From contig CAWANH010000028.1 in NCBI GenBank assembly GCA_963783375.1, positions 640,001-704,000 on the forward strand: 64,000 nucleotides of DNA, written 5' to 3'. The notes under the pieces are model-generated. The model was not told where the DNA came from. It saw only the letters and a list, made by a program, of their open reading frames with translations, and ran no database searches. Positions 48,294-58,123 of this stretch are shown here, piece by piece. This DNA comes from Candidatus Eiseniibacteriota bacterium. GTDB lineage: Bacteria > Eisenbacteria > RBG-16-71-46 > JABDJR01. The number at the start of each line of letters is the position of its first letter. Position 1 is the stretch's first letter. The translations under genes and the position numbers were made by a program.

Positions 48294-49904
48294 TCAGTCC
48301 GTCGGCGGAGCGGTGACGTAGCCCTCGCGAAGGTCGCGTTCGGTGAGCGTCGGATCGCGTTCGTCGGGGGGACCGTAGCCCCCGCCGCCGGGAAGCTCCA
48401 GGGTGACCCGCCGGCCGTCGCGGAGGAGGTATTTCCGCTTGGGGTGGGGATCGGCGCCGTCTTCCAGGCGAACCCGGCCCGGGGCGCCGCTTTCGCCGCC
48501 TCCGCGACCCGCGGCGGGATGACGGGTGCGTTCGTAGATGCAGGAATGGACGGCGTCTCCGCCGCGCACGCTCAGGGTGAGCCGCTGGCCAAGGCCGCCG
48601 CGGTATCGGCCCGCGCCGCCGGAGTCTTCGCGGAGGGCGCGCTCGTGGACGAAGAGCGGGGTGGTGGACTCGATGATCTCGGCGGGGATGTTCTGCACCC
48701 CGCTCGGGAACGAGGTCACCGAGAGGCCGTCCTTCTGCGGGCGGGCGCCGGTGCCGCCGTTCGAGAACAGGGTGAAGACGAAGTGCGCACCGTCCCGGCG
48801 GCGCCCCTCGAACTGGCTCGCCCAGAGGCCGTAGGCCCCGTCCGCGGGGACGCGATCGGGGACGAAGGGGTGGAGCGCGGCGAAGACCGCCCCGGGGAGG
48901 AAGTGGCCCACGATGTGGCGGGCGGCCACCGGGGCCGGGGGGATCGCGTTCAGCACGCACCCTTCGGGCGCGATCACGGTGATGGGGCGGAACGAGCCGG
49001 CGTTGTGCGGGATGTCCGGGCTCAAGACGCAGGCCAGGGGGTAGGTCGTGTAGGCGTGGGTGTAGGTCATCACCACGTTGATGCCCTCGCGGACCTGGGG
49101 GCTCGTGCCGGCGTAGTCCACGGTGAGCCGGTCGCCTTCGACGCGGATGGTGGCGCGAAGGGTCACCGGTTCGCCGAAGCCGTCGAGGATCACCTCGCCG
49201 GTGGATTCGCCGTCGGGAAGCGCGGCGATCCGCTCGCGGAGGGCGCGTTCGCTCCGGTCCAGCACCTCGTCGGCGATGGCCTCGAGGTCTTGCGTGCCGG
49301 TGTCGGAGAAGAGCGACCGCAGCCTGTCCTCGGCGCGATGGTTGGCCGCGGCCATGGCCTGGAGGTCGCCCAGGACCATCTCCGGGGTGCGGACATTGGC
49401 GGCGATGAGTTCGGCCAGGAGCGGGTCGAGCCTGCCCTTCCTGATGAGCTTGACGATGGGGAGGCGGAGGCCCTCTTCGTAGACATCCAGCGCCTCCGCG
49501 CCGAGGGTCCGCCCGCCGATGTCCGCCATGTGGCAGGTGTTGGCGCCCCAGCCCACCGCGCGATCCCCGTGGAAGAGCGGGGTCACGACGGTCACGTCGT
49601 GGAGGTGGCCGCTGGCCAGCCACGGGTCGTTGGTGGCCAGGCTGTCGCCGGGTTGCAGCGAATCGAGGGGAAAGCGCTCGGCGAAATGGCGGACCGCGGT
49701 GGCCATGGTGTTGATGTGGCCCGGGGTGCCGGTCACCGCCTGGGCGATCATCCGGCCGCGGCGATCGAAGATCCCCGCGCTCAGGTCCCCCGCCTCGCGC
49801 ACCACCGGGGTGAACGAGGTGTTGAGGAGAACGGTCGCCACCTCCTCCACGATGCTGGTGAGCCGGGTCCAGAGGATCCCGACCTGGACGGGGTCGAGGG
49901 TCAT
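48294..49904 (-). CDS. Hydantoinase B/oxoprolinase family protein
   Basis: NDPW..SGHLHD, HMADIGG, DSGGAGRYRGG, PGGGGYG. Confidence 0.92.
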   Translation of the reverse strand: MTLDPVQVGILWTRLTSIVEEVATVLLNTSFTPVVREAGDLSAGIFDRRGRMIAQAVTGTPGHINTMATAVRHFAERFPLDSLQPGDSLATNDPWLASGHLHDVTVVTPLFHGDRAVGWGANTCHMADIGGRTLGAEALDVYEEGLRLPIVKLIRKGRLDPLLAELIAANVRTPEMVLGDLQAMAAANHRAEDRLRSLFSDTGTQDLEAIADEVLDRSERALRERIAALPDGESTGEVILDGFGEPVTLRATIRVEGDRLTVDYAGTSPQVREGINVVMTYTHAYTTYPLACVLSPDIPHNAGSFRPITVIAPEGCVLNAIPPAPVAARHIVGHFLPGAVFAALHPFVPDRVPADGAYGLWASQFEGRRRDGAHFVFTLFSNGGTGARPQKDGLSVTSFPSGVQNIPAEIIESTTPLFVHERALREDSGGAGRYRGGLGQRLTLSVRGGDAVHSCIYERTRHPAAGRGGGESGAPGRVRLEDGADPHPKRKYLLRDGRRVTLELPGGGGYGPPDERDPTLTERDLREGYVTAPPTD

Positions 49905-50029
49905 GGGTGGGGGTCCTTGGGGCGAACGGCGTTCTCATGGGCTCGCTCACTTCGAGCCGGCATGCGCCTTACAACCAATTTCAGCTGTATTCTGTTCACC
50001 CGGGTGAATCGGATCGACGCCGGCATTCG

Positions 50030-50141
50030 CCGAGCGCGCAACCTCCGGCCGGAAACCGGCCGTCCGGCGCCGCCCCGAGCGCGCGACCTCCGGCCGGAAA
50101 CCGGCCGTCCGGCGCCGCCCCGAGCGCGCGACCTCCGGCCG
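50030..50141. repeat. 45-bp tandem repeat (~2.5 copies)
   Basis: CCGAGCGCGC(G/A)ACCTCCGGCCGGAAACCGGCCGTCCGGCGCCGCC starts at 50030, 50075 and 50120. Confidence 0.9.
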
Positions 50142-50325
50142 AATGCCCTTCGACTCGTCGGGTCCGCTCCCTCGGACCGTCCACCGGACGCTCCTACGGT
50201 CGCTCCTTCACCGCGAAGGGGCCCCCGCTTCGCGGCCCTTCGCGCTTCAGAACGCCTCCTCGCCCGAAGGGCAATTCGCCCCTCGGCGCGCGCGGTCTGC
50301 CGTTCGCGGCTCGCGCCCTGGATCA

Positions 50326-52539
50326 TCACGCCGACACCTCCGCCAGCACCGTGCCGCCGGGGAGCACGCGCGCCGCGCCGCGGCCGAGGACCAGGGTGGA
50401 CTGCGACTCCTCGATGAGGGCGGGGCCGGTGAGGGTCATCCCCGGTTCCAGGGCGCCCCGCCGGTAGACCGGGACTTCCGCCGGCCGCTCCATGTCCGGG
50501 ATCCAGGCGCGGCGGCGGCCGAAGACCGGCGCCTCGCCGCCGGGGCCGACCGGCTCGCCCGCGCGGTCGAACACGTCCACCGGCGGACCCTCGCGGCGGC
50601 AGCGCACCCGCCAGGTCACGACCTCGACCGGGACGCCCTCCACCTCGCGGCCGTAGAGGCGGACGTAGGCGGCGGCGAAAGCCTCGGCGAGCGCGCTCCG
50701 GGTGACGGAGAGGCCGGTGAGCGGCACGCGGACCTCCGCGCCCTGGCCCCGATAGCGCATGTCCACCGCCGCTTCCACCTCGATCGGACCGCTTCCCGCG
50801 CCCTCGACCGGGCCGTGGGCGATCCGCGCCAGCTCCTCCAGGATCTCCCGGGCGTCGGCTTCGTTCAGGGCACTCAGGGCCACCGTCCGCGAACGCGCGG
50901 TCTCGAAGGCCGGCGGCGCGGCCAGAAACCCGAGGGCCGATTCCACCCCGGCGTGGGCGGGAAAGAGCACCCGGGGCATGCGGAGCTGGCGGGCCACGCT
51001 CCAGGCGTGGACCGGGCCGGCCCCGCCGAAGGCCACCAGGACGTGCGCGCCCAGGTCCAGCCCGCGCTCGGCGGCGTGAACCCGGGCGGCCTCGGCCATG
51101 TTGCTCCCGACCAGGAGGTGCACGCCGTGGGCCGCTTCCGCCGGATCCATGTTCAACGGGTCGGCCACGTCGCGGCGGATCGCCTCGCGGGCGGCGTCGA
51201 CGTCCAGCGCCATGGCTCCGCCCAGGAAGTACGCAGGGTTCAATAGGCCCAGGACCAGGTCCGCGTCGGTCACCGTGGCGCGCCCGCCGCCGCGCCCGTA
51301 GCAAGCCGGACCGGGGTCGGCCCCGGCGCTTTCCGGACCGACGGTGAGCGTCCCCAGCGGACCGCGCCCGGCGGTGCTCCCTCCTCCGGCGCCGATCTCG
51401 ACCAGGTCCAGCGCGGGAACCAACAGCGGGAGCCCGCTCCCCCGCTTGTAGAACCGGCGGCGATCCACCTCGAAGGTGGAGCGGGTGCGAGGACCGTGCT
51501 CGTCCAGGAAGGCGATCTTGGCCGTGGTCCCGCCCATGTCGAGGGAGAGAAGCCGCGTCTCGCTCAAACCCGCGCCGATCCGCGCCGCGGCCATCACCCC
51601 CCCTGCCGGACCCGACTCGACAATGCGGATGGGGAGCGCGGCTGCGGTCTCCGGGGTGGTGATGCCGCCGTCGCTCAGCATGATGTGGAGGACGGGGGCG
51701 GCGCCCGGCTCCGCGTCCCGCGCCTCCGGTCCCTGCGCTTCCGCCCGCCCGCCCGAGGCTCCGCCGCCCGCGTTCCCCGCCACCTTCCCCAACCCGGCTT
51801 CGAGCCGCGTGAGGTATCCCTCGGCCACCGGACGCACGTAGGCGTTGGCCACGGTGGTGGAGGTGCGCTCGTACTCGCGGATCTCCGGAGCCACCGCGCT
51901 CGAGAGCGACACCGGCGCATCCGGGAAGTGCTTCCGGAGGATCGCTTCCGCCCGGCGCTCGTGGTCGCCGTTCGCGTAGGCGTGGAGGAAGACGATCGCC
52001 CAGGATTCGATGCGCCCGCCGGGAGCGCTCCCGCCGGCCGGCGTCGTTGTCGTTCCCGCCGGGTTTCCGCCGTCGGCGCCGGACACCCCCCCACCGGCCG
52101 GCCCCGCCAGCAGCCGCTCCAGCCCCGCCTCGTCGAGCGGCGTCACCACCGCGCCGGTCTCGTCCACCCGCTCGATGCCCTCGAACCGGCGGCGCCTCGG
52201 CACCAGGGGTTCGGGGAACTCCAGGTCCAGGTCGTAGAGGTCGTATCGCCCCTCGCGCCGGATCTCCAGCACGTCGCGGAACCCCCGGGTGGTGAGGAGC
52301 GCGGTGACCGCGCCCTTCCGCTCCACCACCGCATTGGTGACCAGGGTGGTTCCGTGGACGATTCGGGCCGGGGGCGCGCCGCCGACCGCGCCCAGGAGCG
52401 CCCGCGTACCCTCCAATACCGCGCGGACAGGGTCGTCGGGGGTGGTCAGGAGCTTGTGGGTGTGAAGCTCGCCGGTGGCCGGGTCGAAGAGCGCGAGGTC
52501 GGTGAAGGTCCCGCCGATGTCGATGCCGAGTGCCCTCAT
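50326..52539 (-). CDS. Hydantoinase A/oxoprolinase family protein
   Basis: DIGGTFTD, HGTT, ESGPAGG, DMGGTT, FGGAGP. Confidence 0.92.
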   Translation of the reverse strand: MRALGIDIGGTFTDLALFDPATGELHTHKLLTTPDDPVRAVLEGTRALLGAVGGAPPARIVHGTTLVTNAVVERKGAVTALLTTRGFRDVLEIRREGRYDLYDLDLEFPEPLVPRRRRFEGIERVDETGAVVTPLDEAGLERLLAGPAGGGVSGADGGNPAGTTTTPAGGSAPGGRIESWAIVFLHAYANGDHERRAEAILRKHFPDAPVSLSSAVAPEIREYERTSTTVANAYVRPVAEGYLTRLEAGLGKVAGNAGGGASGGRAEAQGPEARDAEPGAAPVLHIMLSDGGITTPETAAALPIRIVESGPAGGVMAAARIGAGLSETRLLSLDMGGTTAKIAFLDEHGPRTRSTFEVDRRRFYKRGSGLPLLVPALDLVEIGAGGGSTAGRGPLGTLTVGPESAGADPGPACYGRGGGRATVTDADLVLGLLNPAYFLGGAMALDVDAAREAIRRDVADPLNMDPAEAAHGVHLLVGSNMAEAARVHAAERGLDLGAHVLVAFGGAGPVHAWSVARQLRMPRVLFPAHAGVESALGFLAAPPAFETARSRTVALSALNEADAREILEELARIAHGPVEGAGSGPIEVEAAVDMRYRGQGAEVRVPLTGLSVTRSALAEAFAAAYVRLYGREVEGVPVEVVTWRVRCRREGPPVDVFDRAGEPVGPGGEAPVFGRRRAWIPDMERPAEVPVYRRGALEPGMTLTGPALIEESQSTLVLGRGAARVLPGGTVLAEVSA

Positions 52540-52593
52540 GCCGTCGGATCATGAATCACGGGGCCGGGCGGGACAAGCCTTTGTGCCGGCGAA

Positions 52594-53598
52594 CTACGGC
52601 CTCACGCGCCCGTGGCGGTCCCAGTCGTCGCCGTCCCCCGCCTCGGGGCGTTCGAACCCGCCGACCCGGGAGGGCTCCTGCCCCCGTCGCGCACCGGCGA
52701 GCGCGTCCAGCTCCAGCGGCGAGAACCCGGCCTTCTGGATGGTGCGGAGCGCGTTCTTGTAGCCGTTCAGGATGGCGTCCACCTGGAGCACGCCCTCGTG
52801 AGGGAGGTGCGCGGCGGCCTGGGCGATGCTCGCCACGCCGCTTTCGTAGTACCGCCACGCAACCAGGGTGAGGTCGTTCATCATTTCGAAGAAATCGCGC
52901 GGGGCCTGGGCCAGGGAACGGATCGCGCGGAGTTTCTCCACGTCCAGCCCGTGCCGCTTCAGCATGTCCGCGGGGAGGCTGGAGCGCGGCGTCTCCCACC
53001 AGTCCAGCTCGGAGAACACGTCCATCATCTTCCGCACGATGTAGGCGAAGACGCCGGGATCGTTGGCCAGCTCCTCCACGTCCACCGGCGCCGGCACCCG
53101 GAACCGGTGGACGCCGCGCCGAGCGATCAGGATCCGCAGGAACACCCAGGCCTGGGCTCCGCCCAGCCGCCGGCCGCGGTCCACCATGGACGCCAGGTCG
53201 GGCACCGGGTGGTTCTCGGCCAGGTCGATGAGTCCTTGCTCGAGCACGATCCACGGGGTCATGGGGATCCCGAAGCGGGCCATGGTATCGGCGAGGGCGA
53301 TCTGCTCGGGGATCTTGGGGTCGGGGTGGCCGTTGTTGCAGAGACGGGCATTGTCCCGCCACGCGCGGAGCGCGAGTCGCGAGGCCTCGACGGTCGGTGC
53401 GCGACCCACGGGACGGGGAAGGTTCTGGGGGCCGTTCACCCGGAGCGACACGTACGCCGCGAAGAACGCGTCACGGCGCACCGGGTCGTCGAGCCGCCGC
53501 GCGGCATCCAAGAACGGCGTGTGGAAGTTCTCGAGCCTCCGCTCGCAGTCCCGGTACGCCTCCAGGACCTCGGGAGTGAACTCGCGGGATACCTGCAC
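52594..53598 (-). CDS. Squalene/phytoene synthase-like protein (motifs degenerate)
   Basis: LEAYRDCE..PF..AARRL..RRDAFFAAY, LP.DML..HG pattern; no DDxxD. Confidence 0.6.
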   Translation of the reverse strand: MQVSREFTPEVLEAYRDCERRLENFHTPFLDAARRLDDPVRRDAFFAAYVSLRVNGPQNLPRPVGRAPTVEASRLALRAWRDNARLCNNGHPDPKIPEQIALADTMARFGIPMTPWIVLEQGLIDLAENHPVPDLASMVDRGRRLGGAQAWVFLRILIARRGVHRFRVPAPVDVEELANDPGVFAYIVRKMMDVFSELDWWETPRSSLPADMLKRHGLDVEKLRAIRSLAQAPRDFFEMMNDLTLVAWRYYESGVASIAQAAAHLPHEGVLQVDAILNGYKNALRTIQKAGFSPLELDALAGARRGQEPSRVGGFERPEAGDGDDWDRHGRVRP

Positions 53599-53848
53599 AA
53601 ATGCTCCTTACCGTCCGCGTATCGGTCTTGGACCGGTCCAAAATCATTATGGAGTAGAACCGCGCCGACGGCAATGATGTGGCTCAACAATGTGTTACGC
53701 GATCGTTTGGGTCGGGTGGGGGTCGCCGGGCGGGGATAGGGTGGAGGCGGAGCGCTGTGGTGGCTGGCCGGGCCGAAGCCCGATCACGTGCTCGTCGCGC
53801 CCCGCCTCCGGGGAACTTCCGTGGCGCCGCGAAGGAACGCGGCGGCTA

Positions 53849-54811
53849 TCAGGAGCCGCCGTGCGGGCGGCTGAAACCGATCAGGACGGTGCGGTCCACC
53901 ACGAGGAGCGTGTCCCCCGGGCTCGGCAACCCGGGTCCGGTGAGCTCGATCAGACCGCCGATCTCGCGGGACACCAGGCCCTGGGCCGACACCCAATCCG
54001 ACCAGGTGAGGTTCGGGTCGATCCCCACGTCGGTCACGATCCGGGCCGAGCCGAAGGTGCCGGCGGGGACCCGGGCCGGCTCGTGGCCGGCCACCTCGCG
54101 GGTCTGGGTCCAGGGATCGGTGAAGCTCACCCAGTTCGAGCCGGGGCGAAGCGGGTACGCGAGGGCCACGCGCGGGTCGTCGCGGAAGGTGATCGGGCCG
54201 TCGAGAGCGGGGCTCGATGCGGCGCGGCCGATGCCGGTGGCGTCGGCAACCCACCCGCCCGAGGGCCCCGCGGCGGTCAACGCCCGCTTCAGCTCCAGAA
54301 CCGATCCAAAGGTGCGGGAGCCCACGTGGTACGTCACCCGGTCCTCGGTCCGGATGCCCGGGGCCGGGGTAGCGAGGGAGCCATAGCCTCGATAGGCGAT
54401 CTCCGTGAGGGCGGAGCGGTCCTGGTGGTAATAGGTCTCGGTCGTGTACTCGCTGGTCACCCCGCCTTCCTGGATTTCCAGGCCGTAGGTGACGAGCCCG
54501 TAGGCGGTGGTGGAGCCGAGGTCCACCTCCCCCAGCGCCTCGACCCGGATGGAGTCGGTCACGGATTGCTGGACCGAGCCGTCGGCGGGGTCGATCACCT
54601 CGAAGGTGCGGAGGTAGGACCAGGTCCAGCCGGCTTCGAGCGGGTAGTGCCCCTTCCCGACTCGGTCGGCGCCGGATTCGCCGGGGGTGAGCACGATGTC
54701 GGTCCCGAAGACGGGCGTGGTGGGTTCGTCTCCCCCGCAGCCGCCCAGGGCGATAGCCGCCATGGCGACGAGGGGCGCGAGCGGGGTGGACGTGGACAAC
54801 CAGCGTCTCAT
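53849..54811 (-). CDS. Hypothetical lipoprotein
   Basis: AGGGAGG RBS, LGGC lipobox, YPL..G..W.Y and VPAGTF motifs. Confidence 0.75.
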   Translation of the reverse strand: MRRWLSTSTPLAPLVAMAAIALGGCGGDEPTTPVFGTDIVLTPGESGADRVGKGHYPLEAGWTWSYLRTFEVIDPADGSVQQSVTDSIRVEALGEVDLGSTTAYGLVTYGLEIQEGGVTSEYTTETYYHQDRSALTEIAYRGYGSLATPAPGIRTEDRVTYHVGSRTFGSVLELKRALTAAGPSGGWVADATGIGRAASSPALDGPITFRDDPRVALAYPLRPGSNWVSFTDPWTQTREVAGHEPARVPAGTFGSARIVTDVGIDPNLTWSDWVSAQGLVSREIGGLIELTGPGLPSPGDTLLVVDRTVLIGFSRPHGGS

Positions 54812-55111
54812 GCTGCTGTTCCTCCCTGGCGCGCGCGTGGCCGAGGCAGGCGCCGGCCGGCCCGTGGGGGACGGGCATACACGCACAGTATATGTTTTTG
54901 GCCCCGCATTTCATACCCCTATGTGTGGGGAGAGTTCCCTCGCCGGTCCAAGGTCTCTCCCAGCCGCCCCGGCCGCCCGGCCAAAGCGGTGTAGGTGGCG
55001 AGGAGCGCAAGGGCTACAATCCACCCCGCGCCGATTCGAACGCCCGGCGCCGCCCGGAGCCGGCTCCGGAGCGCCGCCACCCACGACCTGACGCTCAGCG
55101 CGGGATACGGG

Positions 55112-55909
55112 ATGAAGAAGAGAGCGAACAGAACCACTGCGGCGGCCGGGCCCGGCCCGGCCGGGCCCTTCTGCGCCGCGAACCCGGCGAAGGCGGGGGA
55201 GGCCGGCCCAGGCGCGGCCACGGCGAGCGCCACCGTCGCCAGCGCACGCGCCAACGCCCGCTCCCGCCGGTGGTTCGGGTTCTTCCTGGATCATCCCTGG
55301 GTGGAGCCGGTGATCTTCGTGGTCCTGGCCCTCATCTTCGAGTGGGTGGTGGACCCGGTGGCCCCGCACTGGGTCGAGGCGGTATACCTGGCCATCGTGG
55401 TCCTGATCCCGCTGGCCTCGAACATCCTCCACCGCGACCGCCCGCGCGCCCTGGGCTTCCGCTTCGACAACTTCCTCCGCTCGGCCCGGTCGGTGGGCCC
55501 GGCCAGCCTGGCCGCCCTGGCGGTGATCGTGGCGGTGAGCTATTGGAGCGGCCACGGCGTGAACCTGGGCGCGCGCTTCCGCGAGTCGGTCTGGACCTAC
55601 CCCCTCTGGGGGATGGCCCAGCAGTGGGCGCTCCAGGGCTTCGTCCACCGGCGGCTCTGCGACACCTGGCACCGCCCGCAGCTCTCGGCGATCACCTCGG
55701 CGTTGCTGTTCGGCGCCCTCCACTATCCCAACCCCGTTCTGGTCGTCTTCACCGTGGTCGGAGGCTACATCTGGTGCCTCCTCTACCAGCGCGAGCAGAA
55801 CCTCTTCACCCTGGCGCTGTCGCACGGGTGGCTGGCCGCGGTGGCGCTGGTGGGGCTCCCCCCGGCATGGATCCACGGGCTTCGGGTGGGGCCGGAGTTC
55901 TGGGGGTAG
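55112..55909 (+). CDS. CPBP-like intramembrane protease family protein (QQ in place of EE)
   Basis: QQWALQG, FGALHYPN, LALSHG. Confidence 0.7.
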   Translation: MKKRANRTTAAAGPGPAGPFCAANPAKAGEAGPGAATASATVASARANARSRRWFGFFLDHPWVEPVIFVVLALIFEWVVDPVAPHWVEAVYLAIVVLIPLASNILHRDRPRALGFRFDNFLRSARSVGPASLAALAVIVAVSYWSGHGVNLGARFRESVWTYPLWGMAQQWALQGFVHRRLCDTWHRPQLSAITSALLFGALHYPNPVLVVFTVVGGYIWCLLYQREQNLFTLALSHGWLAAVALVGLPPAWIHGLRVGPEFWG

Positions 55910-55912
55910 GAA

Positions 55913-56875
55913 GTGGATCGCGCGGAGGTGGGGTTCGGGGGGCCGGGGGGCGAAGGCGCGTTGTCCGGCGCCCCGGTGCCCGCCGTCCGAGGCCATGGCC
56001 TCCGCTACATGCTCCTGACCGCGTTCTTCTTCAGCCTCATGAGCCTCACCGTGAAGCTCGCCGGGCGCACCCTTCCGACCGGTGAGATCGTCTTCGCCCG
56101 CTGCCTGTTCAGCCTGATCGTGACCTGGGGCATGCTCCGGAGAGTGCGGGTTTCGGTCTGGGGCCGGCGGAAGGGGCTGCTGCTCCTGCGCGGGCTGACG
56201 GGGTTCGGCGGGCTGATGTGCTTCTTCTACGCGATCAGCCGGCTCCCGCTCGCGGATACCACGGTGATCCAGTACACGAACCCGGTCTTCACGGCGGTCC
56301 TGGCGGGGCTGTTCCTGGCCGAGCGCACGGAGCGCAAGGACCTGCTGGGCCTGGTGCTGAGCATGGCGGGGGTGGTCCTGGTGGCCCGGCCGTCGTTCCT
56401 GTTCGGAGGGTTCACCGCGGGCTTGAACCTGGCCGCGGTGGGGGTGGCGCTCCTGGGCGCGATCTTCGCCGCGTCGGCCTACACCGTGGTCCGGAAGCTC
56501 GGCGAGACCGAGCACGAGCTGGTGATCGTCATGTCGTTCCCGCTCGTGGCCACCCCAATGGCGGTCCCGTTCATGATGGCTGATGTCCGAATGCCATCCC
56601 CGGTCGGCTGGCTATTGTTACTGGCTGTCGGAATCTTTGCCCAACTCGGACAGATCTTTCTCACCAAGGGACTTCGCGCCGAGCGCGCCGGCCGCGCCAT
56701 GACCATGAGCTACGTCCAGATCGTCTTCGCCGCGCTCTGGGGCGTGTTCTTTTTCGGGGAAATTCCGGGACCGTTGAGTATTCTTGGAGCGCTTCTGGTG
56801 GTGGCGGGGACGCTGGCGGTGTCGGGCGGCCGAAGGGCTGTGCAGAGACCCTCTGTCGTACCAGGCGGGAGGTGA
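55913..56875 (+). CDS. DMT/EamA family transporter
   Basis: Two EamA repeats, LPLADTT..YTNP. Confidence 0.9.
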   Translation: MDRAEVGFGGPGGEGALSGAPVPAVRGHGLRYMLLTAFFFSLMSLTVKLAGRTLPTGEIVFARCLFSLIVTWGMLRRVRVSVWGRRKGLLLLRGLTGFGGLMCFFYAISRLPLADTTVIQYTNPVFTAVLAGLFLAERTERKDLLGLVLSMAGVVLVARPSFLFGGFTAGLNLAAVGVALLGAIFAASAYTVVRKLGETEHELVIVMSFPLVATPMAVPFMMADVRMPSPVGWLLLLAVGIFAQLGQIFLTKGLRAERAGRAMTMSYVQIVFAALWGVFFFGEIPGPLSILGALLVVAGTLAVSGGRRAVQRPSVVPGGR

Positions 56876-56878
56876 CGC

Positions 56879-57496
56879 TTGAAAGAACACGATGACCCGA
56901 TACTCGTTGGAATGCGTGAACGGCCGACTGAAGAACTGCAGGGGATTTGCCGAGTCGCTGATACCGGGACTTGGTCGACGCTTGCTTTAGCTGCGGCCAG
57001 AAGGGTTCTAGAGGAACGCGGAGAACATCCGTCTATGCCTGAGAAAGCGGAAGCAGACCGACAGGTCGAAGAGGGATCCGAGCAGGACGTCGAGGAGATC
57101 CTCCCCGGTTATCCCGGACTGGCCCGTCGTTACCTTGCCACCGCGATCGACGGTCTACTCCTGATCGCCGCCTTCTTCGCAGTTTCCGCCCTCATCCAAA
57201 CCGAGACGCTTACCGCCCTACGCGTTGGTATGGTGGTCAGCCTGTTCCTGATTTACGAACCCCTCTGCACCAGCAGGTTGTGTACCTGCGGCCAGCTGAT
57301 AGCCGGGGTCCGGATTCGCACGGATGACCAACTCGCCCGCATAACAGTCTTGCGTGCTTACGTCCGCATCATTGCCAAAGCTCTACTCGGGTGGCTCTCG
57401 TTCGTTACGATCGGGTTCAGCGATCGCCGAAGGGCAATCCACGACATCACCGCTGGATCGGTGGTAGTGAACGCCTCCGGTGTCCGCAACGCCTAG
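56879..57496 (+). CDS. RDD family protein
   Basis: RRYLATAID, RRAIHD..AGS.V. Confidence 0.8.
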   Translation: MKEHDDPILVGMRERPTEELQGICRVADTGTWSTLALAAARRVLEERGEHPSMPEKAEADRQVEEGSEQDVEEILPGYPGLARRYLATAIDGLLLIAAFFAVSALIQTETLTALRVGMVVSLFLIYEPLCTSRLCTCGQLIAGVRIRTDDQLARITVLRAYVRIIAKALLGWLSFVTIGFSDRRRAIHDITAGSVVVNASGVRNA

Positions 57497-57798
57497 CTTG
57501 CCTCGCGATACCGCCCGACCTGCCGCTCGATCTTATCCTGCAGGCGGTCGCTCTCGACGTCGAGATCGTAGTCCATCTGGAGACCGAGCCAAAACTCCGG
57601 AGACATCTGAAAGTAGTGAGCCAAGCGGAGCGCCGTGTCCGCCGTCAATCGGCGCTTTCCGAGTACGATCTCGTTGATACGACGGGGGGGAACGCCGAGG
57701 TTCCGCGCCAGCTCGTTCTGGCTGAGATTCATCGGTCGGAGAAAGTCCTCCATGAGGATCTCCCCGGGGTGGACAGGTTCCATCTTCTTCTTGGCCAT
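57493..57798 (-). CDS. higA: HigA antitoxin (HTH)
   Basis: HPGEIL.EDFL, TADTALRL, FWLGLQ..YDL. Confidence 0.92.
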   Translation of the reverse strand: MAKKKMEPVHPGEILMEDFLRPMNLSQNELARNLGVPPRRINEIVLGKRRLTADTALRLAHYFQMSPEFWLGLQMDYDLDVESDRLQDKIERQVGRYREAS

Positions 57799-57806
57799 GC
57801 TCTCAC

Positions 57807-58088
57807 CTAGTGGTAATCGACGATCTCCACGTCAAAGGCGTCCTCATCACGCCAGACGAAGCAGATACGGTACCGGTCGTTGATCCGGATGCTGTACTGA
57901 CCTTCGCGGTCCCCTTTCAGTCGCTCCAGCCGGTTGGCGGGAGGAACCCGCAGATCCTGCAATGTCCGGACGCGGTTCAGCATCCTGAGCTTCCGCAGGG
58001 CTACACGCTGCAGGGACGCCGGGAGGCTCTTGGCTCTCTCGCGATGAAACAGCCGCTCGGTCTCCTTGGTCTTGAAGCTCCGAATCAC
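57807..58088 (-). CDS. higB: HigB (RelE-family) toxin
   Basis: MIRSF, PPANRLERLKGDREGQYSIRIN, EIVDYH. Confidence 0.92.
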   Translation of the reverse strand: MIRSFKTKETERLFHRERAKSLPASLQRVALRKLRMLNRVRTLQDLRVPPANRLERLKGDREGQYSIRINDRYRICFVWRDEDAFDVEIVDYH

Positions 58089-58094
58089 AGTCAG

Positions 58095-58123
58095 AGTCTA
58101 TAACGCGTAACGTTATGCGTCAA
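58095..58123 (-). promoter_or_regulatory. higBA promoter with operator palindrome
   Basis: TTGACG-N17-TAGACT; ATAACG-N5-CGTTAT at 58100-58116. Confidence 0.75.

Noticed and set aside
50030-50141. Possible CRISPR array
   Set aside because: Head-to-tail units with no unique spacers and no cas genes.
58098-58118. CTATAAC...GTTATGC resembling attC core sites
   Set aside because: Far too short and lacks L boxes; better explained as the HigA operator.
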